64,000 nucleotides of DNA from Marsupella aquatica (taxonomy: Eukaryota > Plantae > Marchantiophyta), in the NCBI GenBank assembly GCA_973895155.1, contig OZ316896.1:10117525-10181524 (forward strand). Reading direction: 5' to 3'. The stretch's first letter is position 1, and each line of letters starts with the position of its first letter. The notes under the pieces are model-generated. The model was not told where the DNA came from. It saw only the letters and a list, made by a program, of their open reading frames with translations, and ran no database searches. Made by a program: the position numbers and the translations under genes. This document shows, piece after piece, positions 12,494 to 24,212 of this stretch.

Positions 12494-13633
12494 ATGCTTG
12501 GGAGGTGACGTGTGTTCGTGACGGGATTTCATGACGGTTTTTCCAGCGTTGAGTGTTGGTGGATTTTCCAGAGTTCCATCGCATGGAACTTGGAGTTTAT
12601 GGGCTCAACGGATAGATCAGGGCAAGAGCTTTCTAACGGTGTGAAGAAATCGTTGAACGGAGCTCGTGGTGCAGAGAGATCTAAGTTTTCGTCGTTCTGG
12701 ATTTTGTGAAGAAAGTTGGCAATCGACTCGGAGGGAGAAGCGTCAAGTGTTTTGACTCAACGGAGAGATTGAGGCAAGACGATTGTTTTTGAGTCCGGGA
12801 TTGGCTCTTTGATGCAAAGAGGAAGGCTAAGCAAAATCAATTACCTTGTTGGACTTGGTGACGGCACCAAGTGCAATTGATCAACATTCGTTGTTGACAA
12901 GGTACCATTTTTTTCTCTTTGAAAAACTGATTCGAAATTGGCTATGGCAATTGAGAGAAATCTGTCATCTTTACCAATTTTTTTCTCCCTCGTTCTTTCC
13001 TCGTTTTGGGTGCTTCTTATATCGATCTTCATCGCCTCGGAGTCTAGTTTCCAAATCTGAAATCGGATCTTGATTTCGTCAAAACCCGAGTGAGATATCT
13101 TGCGTTTGGTGTCGAGGGGTACATTCTGCCGTGTGTATTTTCTGCGCGCACGACCAGATTTCGACGACGAAGGGTGGTAGGGGGTTTTGGGGGTTCGAGG
13201 ACACATGTCAGCCCCTCGATTGTTCTTCCAAAATTCCCACAGGGCCTGTACAAGGGTCATAGAATATTCCAAAAAACTAGAGAGCTATTTTTTGACCGTC
13301 CGACAAAGATTTCATCCGCCGAACGGTAACTTTTTTGGTTATTTTTCGGCGAGGTCGTAGCCATTGAAGTTGGCAATGCAGCGCACCAATCACATCGCAA
13401 TTCCGACAACGGGTTGTACTTGGTATTTCGGTTATTCCCTGAGGTGGTCAAAACGGGGGAGTTTCCCAAGGTTTTACCCACCTCGACCGAAATTTGAATA
13501 ACTTTTCCGTCAAATTTCAATTTTGATTTTGGTTTTCAGTATTGGACTCCTAGCTTTGTGGGCTACGCAGCGGTGTTGAGTTTCGAGTTTTTTGAGAAGT
13601 TGTGAAAAACAACATTTTTTGTGACTTTCTCAT

Positions 13634-14668
13634 ATGAGTGATTCGGAGGAGTTTTTTGAAGACGTGGAACTTGAAGCACGAGGATCACCACGGAGGTTTC
13701 AGGGGCAGAGAGAGGAGCAGGAGGAAGAGCACGTGACACCGATACCATCACTGGTGCGGCGTGTGGTGGAGGAAGCAGTACTACTACCGGAGCTCACGGT
13801 AAAGAAGAAGATGGGGACTTTCAAGCTTGGGGGACCCAAGTATGAAGTGACAAAGTATGATGGGCGCTCTGACTACTTGCTATGGGAGAAGCAGGTGAAG
13901 GGAGTGCTTTATGCGTCAGGGATGGGCCAACTGCTGAGCCCTCGTGAAGATGATGTTGATGAAAAACAATGGGACCGCATGCAGGAGCAGGGAGTGTGGT
14001 GTGTTACACTCTATCTCATGCCTCCCATCATCAAGCAGTTAGGTGCACATAAGGATTGCATGTCCTTGTTTGCGGAATTGCAGAGCAAGTATCACCGCAA
14101 GGAGTTGTCGAACCGGCTCTACACTTCCTACAAACTGATGAGTTTCAGGATGAAGGAATCTGGTACGAAGTTGCAAGACCATGTGGATGCTTTCAACGAC
14201 ATGGTCGTTGACTTGGAAAACCTTGGGGAGACTTTGAATGATGAGACGAAGGCTCTGCAGCTTCTTAGTTCATTGCCTCCATCTTACCAGTCCCTATCAC
14301 GAGTGTTGTTGCATCGTGATAGGGATATCATTTCATACAATGACGTGGTAAGTTCTCTGCTTAGTGATGATCTTCAGCAGAAGATGCACATCACGTCACA
14401 GCCTTCATCATCTGGTGCTGCCCTCAATGTTAACCGTGGGAGGAGTATGCAGCGACCAACTGGGGACCGTAGAACCCAGTTTAGATCTAAATCCAGATCT
14501 AAGTCCAAGGGTAAATCCCCTCAGAGGAGGCAGGTGACATGTTGGAAGTGCAACCAAGTTGGACACTTCAAGCGAGACTGTAAGGGAAAGGCAGCGGAAA
14601 CTTCATTGGCAAATGTGGCTAGGGCTGATGGAGAAGCTGATTTACTCAATGATGAGTATGTTTTATGA
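13634..14668 (+). CDS. gag: Copia Gag (UBN2-type region + CCHC zinc knuckle), element 1
   Basis: KYDGRSDYLLWEKQV, LLSSLPPSY, CWKCNQVGHFKRDC; ends DEYVL-TGA. Confidence 0.92.
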   Translation: MSDSEEFFEDVELEARGSPRRFQGQREEQEEEHVTPIPSLVRRVVEEAVLLPELTVKKKMGTFKLGGPKYEVTKYDGRSDYLLWEKQVKGVLYASGMGQLLSPREDDVDEKQWDRMQEQGVWCVTLYLMPPIIKQLGAHKDCMSLFAELQSKYHRKELSNRLYTSYKLMSFRMKESGTKLQDHVDAFNDMVVDLENLGETLNDETKALQLLSSLPPSYQSLSRVLLHRDRDIISYNDVVSSLLSDDLQQKMHITSQPSSSGAALNVNRGRSMQRPTGDRRTQFRSKSRSKSKGKSPQRRQVTCWKCNQVGHFKRDCKGKAAETSLANVARADGEADLLNDEYVL

Positions 14669-17600
14669 AGCCGGGGGTATGCCCTGTGCACGTCATCTAG
14701 GAGAGCAGATGATGTGTGGATTCTTGATTGTGCTTGCTCTTTTCATATTTGTTACATTCGTGAGTTTTTCAGTTCTTACTCTGTTTCAAACGGTTCAGTT
14801 CTGATGGGAAATTATCACTCCTGTCAAATTGAGGGAATTGGGTCTGTGAAGATTCAAATGTTTGATGGCGCTGTGCGCATAGTGTCCGGAGTCAGGTATG
14901 TACCTGGCATGCGTAAGAATCTGATTTCACTCGGTGTGTTGGATTCAAATGGTCATCAATGGAGCGTTATTGATGGTGAACTTCAAGTCAGGTCGGGAGA
15001 GACAGTGATTTTGAAGGGGAGTAGACAAAAGAATTTGTATGTGTTACAGGGCAATATTGTATGTGGAGAGGCCAATGTAACCAAGTCTCACGAGGAGATG
15101 ACTCAACTGTGGCATTCACGGCTAGGCCACATGAGTGAGAAGGGTTTGGCTATCTTACGGAAGAATGGACTCATTTCTGATTTGCAATCTTGTAAATTAG
15201 AGTTTTGTGAGCATTGCATTCTTGGAAAGCAGCATCGTCGTGCTTTTGGTGTTGGAACTCATCGTTCCAAAGCGGTTCTTGAGTACATACATAGTGACGT
15301 GTGGGGTCCATCCCCGACTCCCTCACACTCTGGAAAGTTGTACTATGTATCATTTATTGATGATTACTCAAGATTTGTGTGGATTTATTTCATGACGCAT
15401 AAGTCTGATGTCTTGTCCATTTTTAAGAAGTGGAAGGCCCAGGTGGAGAATTAGACTGGAAACACGATCAAGTGTTTGGATACAAGGGTGAAGAGTCTGA
15501 GGTCAGACAACGGCGGGGAGTATACTTCAATGGAATTTGAAGAGTACTGTTCAGAACAGGGGATAACTCGCCATCTCACCACAGTTTATACTCCGCAGCA
15601 GAATGGTGTCGTTGAGAGGCTCAATCAGACACTGTTGGAGCGGTCACGGAGTATGTTGAGCCAATCAGGTTTACCACAAGAATTTTGGGCAGAAGCTGTC
15701 AATACCGCAGCTTATTTGGTAAATCTTTCTCCTTCTAGTGCTATCAATTTCAAAACGCCGTTTGAGATGCGCTATAAGCGGCAAGCAGACTATCATGGCT
15801 TGGTAATTTTTGGAAGTGATGCATATGCTCTCACACCAAAGCAGAATAGGACCAAGTTGGATCCTACCTCCAGGAAATGTGTTTTTCTTGGGTACCAGAG
15901 TGGTGTGAAAGCCTATAGGCTATGGAATCCTATTGCCTGTAAGCTCGTTGTCAGTAGGGATGTTTCCTTCAATGAATCCAGATTATTGAAGGAGGGGGAG
16001 AATACTCAGGTCTCCCATACTGACAAAGGAAAATCTCCTATCCCGGATCTCGTTGAGGGGGAGATTGGTTATGAGGTGCATGACCGGAGAGAAGGAGTTG
16101 CTCCAATTATGGAGCTGGTTCCTATGCCAGAGGAACCAGAGGAGTTTGTTGATGCTGGTGAGCAACAAGTGGATGCTATTGAGCTTCAAATTGTACCAGC
16201 ACACGCAGATCAACCGGAGTCATCGGCTAGAAGAACATCTGGTCGCACTGTACGCGCTCCATCAAGGTATGGACAGTGGGTTGATTCATCTCAACTGCAA
16301 GAGGATGATTTTACAGCTGATGATGAGGGTGATGCGTTAATTTTGGAAGAAGGAGAACCTTCTTCATTTCATGAGGCAAGTGCTTCAAAAGAGAAGCAGA
16401 AGTGGACTGCAGCAATGCAAACGAAGATGCAGTCACTAAAGGACAACAAAACTTGGGAGCTTGTTAAGCTGCCTAAGGGTCAGCAAGTGGTGGACAGCAA
16501 GTGGATTTACAAGCTGAAGGATAATTCCATAGGAGGTGGATCGAAGGTCTACAAGGCTAGATTGGTAGCAAAGGGATTCACACAAGAGAAAGGTGTGGAT
16601 TACAATGAGGTCTTCTCACCAGTTGCTAAGTACTCTACAATACGACTATTGTGTGTACTTGTTGTAATGTTTGGTCTGCTCCTAGATCAGATGGATGTTG
16701 TCACAGCTTTCCTCTATTGCACATTGGAAGAGGTGATCTTCATGAGACAACCGCTAGGTTTTGTGAAGAGAGGACAGGAGGAATTGGTTTGCAGATTGCT
16801 GAAATCCTTGTATGGGTTGAAGCAGTCACCAAGACAGTGGAACAAGCGGTTTGACGATTGGATTCGGTCACAAGGTTTTCACAGAAGTGTATTTGACCCT
16901 TGTGTGTATTTGAAACCGGTGAAGAATGTTGTCTTTGGGTTCATTGTTTTAGTACTTTATGTGGATGACATGCTAATTGCAGCCAAGGATAGGTCTGAGA
17001 TTGTTAAGCTCAAGGCACTGCTTAGTGCAGAGTTTAAGATGAAGGACTTAGGGCCAGCTAAGAGGATTTTGGGTATGGAGATCACTAGGGACTTGGAGGC
17101 TGGCAAGCTATGGTTGACGCAAAGCAGTTATGCGAGGAAGGTAATTGCAAGGTTCAACATGGAGAATAACAAGCCAGTAAGTACCCCGTTGGCTCCACAC
17201 TTCAAGTTATCATCAGCGTTCTGTCCTACGGATGACACAGAGAAGGGGTTGATGTCAAAGGTTCCATATGACAAGGCAGTGGGGAGTCTCATGTATTTGA
17301 TGACTTGCACTAGACCTGATCTTGCCATGGCTATGGGCAAGGTGAGCAGGTACATGTCGAATCCAGGGAAGGTACACTGGGAAGCAGTGAAGTGGATTAT
17401 CAGGTACTTGAAGGGTACCGTGGATCATGGTCTTTTATTTGATGCGAATGCAAAGAATGCTAGATCATTGATTGGCTATGTAGATTCTGACTATGGACAA
17501 GATTTGGACCGAAGGAGATCAACAACAGGATACGTGTTCACACTTGGCGGTGGATGCATAAGTTGGAGGTCTACTTTGCAGAAGTGTATTGCTCAGTCTA

Positions 17601-17941
17601 CTACAGAAGCGGAGTATGTTGCAGCTGCGGAAGCAGCAAAGGAAGCGATTTGGTTGGATAGACTTATCACTGAAATGGGATTGCCACAGGGGAATGTGAA
17701 GCTCCATTGTGATAGTCAAAGTGCGCTCCACCTTGCTGTGAACCAGGTGATGGACAGCAGAGTGAAGCACATTGACGTCAGGTACCATTTTATCAGGCAG
17801 GCTGTGTCTGATAATTTGTTTGAGCTAGTCAAGATTGATGGTAAACTCAACCCGGCTGACGCATTTACCAAAGTGATTCCTTTGGAGAGTTTCTCTAGAC
17901 ACCGTGACGTATTGCAGGTTTTGCAATTGCATCACAAGTAG
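14669..17941 (+). pseudogene. pol: Copia Pol (PR, IN, RT, RNase H) in frame with gag; interrupted by TAG at 15452-15454
   Basis: WILDCACSFH protease, HSRLGH..CEHC and HSDVWGP..RSDNGGEY..ERLN integrase, YKARLVAKGF and LYVDDML RT, YVDSDY..EAEY..CDSQSA RNase H. All ORF pieces share one frame. Confidence 0.92.
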
Positions 17942-17990
17942 AGTTTTCTTAAACATTCATTGTAATTACTGATATATGCTCTTCCTCATT

Positions 17991-18090
17991 CCTATGTATT
18001 AGGCTACGGCTTAGTTCTGGTTTGCTCTAGTTAGAGAGGGAAACCGGTTTGGTTTCTGTCCAGAACTTCCCGCTGAGGGATCATATACAT
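17991..18090 (+). other. Putative structured RNA element in the 3' UTR of element 1
   Basis: Helices CCTA/TAGG, AGTTCTGG/CCAGAACT, CTCT/AGAG, GAAACC/GGTTTC and TCCC/GGGA; homologous to two copies in element 2. Confidence 0.65.
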
Positions 18091-18132
18091 TGGCAGTATT
18101 ACTCTCCCCTAGACCAGAGTCAAGGGGAAGAT

Positions 18133-18553
18133 TGTTGGGTATTTACTCTTACGTCTAGGTTAGGTATGACATGGTTGGTACAACAACGTGGGTTGGTACA
18201 ACTACGTGGTTAGGTACAACTACGTGATTAGGTACAACTATGTGGTTAGGTACAACTACGTGATTAGGTACAACTATGTGGTTAGGTACAACTAAGTTGC
18301 ACACTATATCATAAGAGGCATGTGTGCTTGGAGAGGTAGAACCAAGGCTCATTGTTATGGAGCCACTTGAGAGATAGGGAGAGCTTACACTGTGGAGACT
18401 CGGTATAGCCGACGGGCTTAGAGTTCAGTAAAGCTCTCTTGTGTGTTCCCGTGGACGTAGCCTCAAGGAGGTGAACCACGTATCTCTTGTGTCGACTATT
18501 GTGCGTTGGATGGTTCATGGGCTTGCCGTTGCGATCGTCGTCTATGCTCAACA
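18133..18553 (+). repeat. 3' LTR of element 1
   Basis: Matches the 5' LTR except tatgacGtgg vs tatgacAtgg; follows the PPT. Confidence 0.97.
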
Positions 18554-20217
18554 ACCGTGACATGAGGTAGAAAGGAGAGATTTGAGATGCCCTATTAAAG
18601 CTAGGCCATATTTCCAATGGTGTCCTTATTAAAATTGGTGTTAAAATGGTTTTACCTATAGGTTGTTAGGTTATGCCTCTAGTATAACCTATATACTTCC
18701 ATAGTACTAGCTAGACTTCACTATACTAGGATATAGCACTAGTTTGAGTTCCAGGTTCCCATAGACCATGGGAGGGGGTATACCCAAGGGTAACACAAAC
18801 TTGTGCTCACATTTGAAGGTTTACTCTTTAGAAAACAGAGTGAGGGAGTGAGAGGAGGAGCTCTAGCACGTTGGCTATGGCGGATGTAATAGGTGTGTAT
18901 TACTGGATTTCTCTCACGGCCGTGGACGTAGCCCAAATGGGGTGAACCACGTACTATCATTGTCGGAGTCTATGGATGTTGTTCACATGCGTTGACGCTG
19001 TCTCGTTCATATCCCAACAATTGGTATCAGAGCTTGGGGACCGAGATTGAGAAGCGCTTGGGGCTCATCGTGACCGATTTGTGGTATTTGGTGCGGGATA
19101 TGAGTGTGAATCATCTTCTAGGCGGAGTAACACAGACTTTGGTCTGTCCCTGTGTTGTTTAGGCGGAAGATTGTGCCCAATTTGAAGGTGGGAAGAATTT
19201 CCTTCGTGTTCGACGGGTTTTCGACGGTTTTCTTGAATGTGAGCGCAATCCGGGTTTTGCTTGTTCATTTTTGTTGTTGATTTGATCTGGGGAGTTACAA
19301 ATGGGAAGAGGATCAGTTTACAACGAACAGGAAACATTTTGGTGGTGTGTGCGGCCACTAACTTGATTTTGAAGTTGGCTATTAAGCTCAGGCAGCCATA
19401 GCCATGAACTCAAAGTGACGGTCGTACGATGGTACGAATTTAGGTCAATTTTCTAAAGTCATGATCTTGGGTCGCCCATAGGCTTGTTGGAAAGATCTCG
19501 TCGCACTCGTTCCAACCATATAAATTATAGATAGATCGGACATCGGATGACCGAGATACGGGCAATCAAAGTGGGTTTGACTTTGGCCGCGTGGCAGGGC
19601 GCGGGAAGGGCGTTCGGCCGGGTACGGGAAGGGTGAAAGGGCAGAAGGGGGAGCGGCAGGGCGCTTGAGGTGATGAGGCGCGACACAAACAGGCATTGTC
19701 CTGTTTGTGGCAAGTGCCACAGGGCATTTCGCCCCCTGCGCAGGGCCAAACGCCCCCTGTACTTTTATTCCTATATTCTCAATTTCCAGAACGTTAAAAT
19801 TCAACGGTAAATAAGCGATTTGGCAAGGCAAACGGGTTCCGTTTTCTGAGATGTTTTGCAGGTGTGTTTCGGGGGAATTAGGGAGGGGCCTGAAAAATCG
19901 GTTTAGGAAACTGAGATGCACGGAATTTTTTATTAAAAAGATTCCTTGAGGGGGTCCGAAATGACATTTTGACCCCCTTACGATCAATGGTTAATAACTC
20001 TCGGCTCGAGTGTCCGTTTGCAGAGCTGTTTGGCATTCTGGAAAGGTTATCTTCCAGGCTACAGGAAGGTGAAGTCAGTTATTGATTTAGATCACTTTCA
20101 TTTTTTGGTGATTTTTTGGGTGAGGCTACTTGGAGGGTCCAATACGGTTTGGCATCCTTACAAGCACCTTGGTAGCTTACATTGAATACATTGCATGTAA
20201 GAGTAGGGGACATTGTC

Positions 20218-23200
20218 ATGGCATCCCGGAAGGTGACCAGTGCAAAGTATGAAGTGGAGAAATTCACCGGGCGCAATAACTTCACGTTATGGAAAGTACA
20301 AATGAAGGATGTTCTTGTTTCCCAGGGCTTGGGTTCAGCATTCAGCACCAAGCCATCCTCCATGATCGATGAGGAGTGGGAAGACATTGGCAATCGTGCT
20401 CTCAGTTTGATTAGGCTCCACTTGGCACCTGAAGTTTTACTTAAGGTTATGACGGAGGACACACTTACAAAGCTGTGGGATCGACTGAAGCTGATGTATG
20501 AGAAGAAGTCGTTGACAAATCGACTATACACGAGCTTGAAGTTGATGAACTTCAAGATGGCTGAAGGTAAAACTATGCACAGCCATATTGATGGTTTTAA
20601 TTTAATCGTTGCAGAGTTGGTGAGTCTCAATGAGAAGGTGGAGGATGAGAAAAAGGCCCTTCATTTGCTTACTTCCTTGCCACGCTCATATGAGAACCTA
20701 GTCCAGACAATCTTGTATGGCAAGACAACGTTGACCTATGAAGAGAGCAGTGAACACTCTGCTGTCAGACAAAATGCGAAAGAAGATACACAGCGGTTCT
20801 TCTTCTTCATCTAGATCAGCACTAGCAGTTACCAGGGGCAGGTCACGAGAGCGTTTTACAGGCTCCTCTGGTAAAACCAAGGCTAGATCGAAGTCACGTG
20901 ACTCAAAGGGTGTTGAGTGCTGGAAATATGGTCAGAAGGGCCACATTAAAATGAATTGCAAGAGTGGTGGTAGCATTCAAAGTCAGGCGAGTTTTGTTAC
21001 TACTGATGATGATGTTGGTTTTGCCTTATGTACCGATTCCCAGGGTGGGGGACCAGAGTGGATTTTAGAGTCTGCATGTTCCTTTCATATGTGCCATGAC
21101 AAGGAGGTCTTTTGCACCTATGAGCCAAAATCAGGGAACGTCTTGATGGGGAATGATCAACCCTGTCAAGTCATTGGCATAGGTACAGTGCGCATTCAAA
21201 TGTTTGATGGAATTGTGCGTACGTTGACGAACGTTCATCACATTCCAGATTTGAAGTGGAATTTAATCTCTTTGGGAGCATTGGACACATCTGGTTGTCA
21301 ATGGAGTACAACCAATGGAGTTTTGAGGGTCACACATGGTCCTCTAGCGGTGATGGAATGTAGGAAGCAAGGTAATCTATATATCCTGGTAGGCACCACA
21401 ATTCTTGGTAGTGCCAATGCAGTTTCATCAAAGGTGGATCAGACACGATTGTGGCATGCACGATTAGGTCACATGAGTGAGAAAGGGCTGAATGTGTTGT
21501 GCAAACAGAATCTCTTGCCAGGTGCAAAATAGTGCAAGTTTGGATTTTGTCAGCACTATGTCCTTGGTAAGCAGCATCGTGTAAGTTTCTCAGCAGCCAG
21601 TCATGCCTCTAAAGATATTTTGGATTACATTCATTCTGATGTGTGGGAATCACCTGAGCTCTTAATGTCAGGAATGAAGTATTACGTATCTTTTATTGAT
21701 GATTATTCGAGGATGATCTGGGTGTACTTTACGCGTGAGAAGTCTGAGGTGTTCTCAATCTTCAAGAAGTGGAAGATGCAGGTTGAGACACAAACAGGGA
21801 AGAAAGTGAAATTTTTTCGTTCAAACAATGGAGGTGAGTATATATCTCTAATGAGTTTCATCTCTATTAGAGCGTGAAGGCATTACCCGATATTTGACCA
21901 ATGCATATACTCCTCAGCAGAATGGTATTTCTGAGAGGCTGAACATGACACTATTGGAGAGGTACAGAAGTATGTTAAGCCAAGCAGGTCTATTGAAGAT
22001 CTTTTGGGCTGAAGCTGTCAACACAACAGCTTAACTGCTAACATTGTCTCCAGTTAGCAGTATTGGTCTTAAGATTCCGTTTGAGATGTGGCACAAGAGA
22101 CCTGCAGATTACACGAGGTTACGTGTGTTTGGATGTGAGGCATATGCGTTGTTGCCTCCAGTTTCCCGGAATAAACTTGACCCAAAGTTTGTGAAATGTG
22201 TGTTTCTTGGCTACCAGAAGGGAGTAAAAGGGTATCGTCTTTGGGACCCAAAGGCGCAGAAGTTGGTAGTCAGCAGGGATGTTACCTTCAATGAAGGTCC
22301 ATCATTGAAGGAGGGGGAAGAAATGCCACATAGTCCTGATGTTGACACGATTGAGGGAGAGATTGAGCATGAGTATGCTCATGGACCAACACCAGCACCG
22401 ACGGCACCATTGGCACTAGTACCAGCAGCTATAGTTAGTGGAGAATCAGTTGCTCCTGGTGTGGGTGAGTCATCTAGGCGGTCATCTTCACGGCCAGTTC
22501 AAGCTCCAAAAAGGTATGGTACATGGTTTCCCTCAGACCAGTTGGAGAGTGATGATGATATTGATGATTCTGGAGCCGTTATATTTACAGAAGATGGTGA
22601 TCCATCTACATATGGTGAAGCCATGTCTTCTATGGATAAAGCACAATGGAGTGCTGCCATGCAAACAGAGATGCAGTCACTACATAAGAACAAGACTTGG
22701 GAGTTGGTTGAGCTTCCTGAAGGTAAACAGGTCATTGACAGCAAGTGGGTGTTCAAGAAGAAGGATGGCACTTCTGAACATGCAGAGAAGATCTACAAGG
22801 CTAGGCTTGTGGCCAAGGGATTCACCCAAAGGAAGGGTGTGGACTATAATGAGGTCTTCTCACCAGTAGTAGCGATGGCTACTTTGCGCTTGATTATGGT
22901 ATTGGTTATTCTGTTTGATCTATGCATGGAGAAGATGGATGTAGTCACAACTTTTTTGTATGGACTACTAGATGAATTGATATTCATGAGGCAGCCACAA
23001 GGATTTGTGGCTAAGGGTAGGGAGCACTTGGTGTGTAAGCTGTTGAAGTCGCTTTACGGTCTGAAACAAAGTCCAAGGCAATAGATAAAGAGGTTTTATA
23101 CCTTTATGTTGTCACTGGGCTTTGTTCAGAGTGAATATGACTGTTGTGTCTACATGAAGAAGGTAAGCAATGCAGTGTTTGGTTTCATTGTTCTGGTCCT

Positions 23201-24182
23201 TTATGTGGATGATATGCTCATTGTTGCCAAGGATATGGCAAAGATTATTAAACTCAAAACTCAGTTGAGCTCAGAGTTTAGTATGAAGGATTTAGGATCA
23301 GCCAGACGCATACTTGGGATGGAGATTCATAGAGACAGGAAGAAGGGGAAATTGTGGCTAACGCAGAGTAAGTATATAAAGAAGGTACTTGCTAAGTTCA
23401 ACACGGCAAGTGCTACGGGTGTAACTACTCCTCTGGCAGCACATTTCAAGCTTTCGACCGCATCTTGTCCCATAGATGCAATTGAAAAGGGGTTGATGTC
23501 TAAGGTTCCTTACGACAGTGCAGTGGGCAGTTTGATGTACCTTATGGTTAGTACTCGACCAGACATAGCGCATGCTGTGGGTGTGGTGAGTAGGTAGATG
23601 GTTAACCCAGGGAAGGTACATTGGGAAGCAGTCAAATGGATTCTAAGGTACTTACACGGCACATTTGAGGTTGGTTTGTTGTTTGATGCACATTCAAACA
23701 ATGCGATGTCTCTTGTTGGATATGTGGATTCAGACTACGGTGGTGATTTGGATCAACGAAAGTCTACTACAAAGTATTCTTTCACGTTGGCAGGAGGATG
23801 TGTAAGTTGGAGATCCATGAAGTAGAAGTGCATATCTCAGTCATCTACTCAAGCTGAGTATGCAGCAACAGTAGAGGCAGCAAAGGAGGCTATTTGGTTG
23901 GGGAAGTTGGCTCATGATTTGGGAATTCCACAAAAACAAGTGGATCTTCATTGTGATAGCAACAGTGCTATACATATTGCGGCAAACCAAGTGACGCATG
24001 GCAGGGTAAAGCACATTGATATCAGGTATCATTTTCTCAGGCAAGCTGTTGCTAAGAAAGAGATTCAGTTAATCAAGATTGATGGAAAACTCAATCTTGT
24101 TGATATGTTAACCAAAGTCATTCCTTTGGCTAACTTCACAGAGCATTGTGCAAGGCTTCAAATTTTGCACAAGGATGCTTAG
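20218..24182 (+). pseudogene. Disrupted gag-pol of element 2
   Basis: MASRKVTSAKYEVEKFTGRNNFTLW gag, WILESACSFH PR, HARLGH IN, YKARLVAKGF and LYVDDML RT, RNase H. Frameshifts near 20745 and 21650-21870; premature stops at 21530, 22032, 23082, 23595 and 23823. Confidence 0.93.
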
Positions 24183-24212
24183 TGTTAGTTTTCTTGTATA
24201 CATATTCTCTAT

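Larger units (their letters stand above)
12059..18553 (+). mobile_element. Full-length Ty1/copia LTR retrotransposon (element 1), very recent insertion
   Basis: 421-bp TG..CA LTRs at 12059-12479 and 18133-18553 with one visible mismatch. TSD ACCGT (12054-12058, 18554-18558), iMet PBS at 12482, PPT AAGGGGAAG at 18122-18130, domain order gag-PR-IN-RT-RH. Confidence 0.98.

Noticed and set aside
14666-18090. Selenocysteine recoding (in-frame TGA plus a structured 3' UTR)
   Set aside because: The structure lacks the SECIS AUGA/GA core, it also occurs in element 2 which has no such TGA, and land plants lack the Sec machinery.
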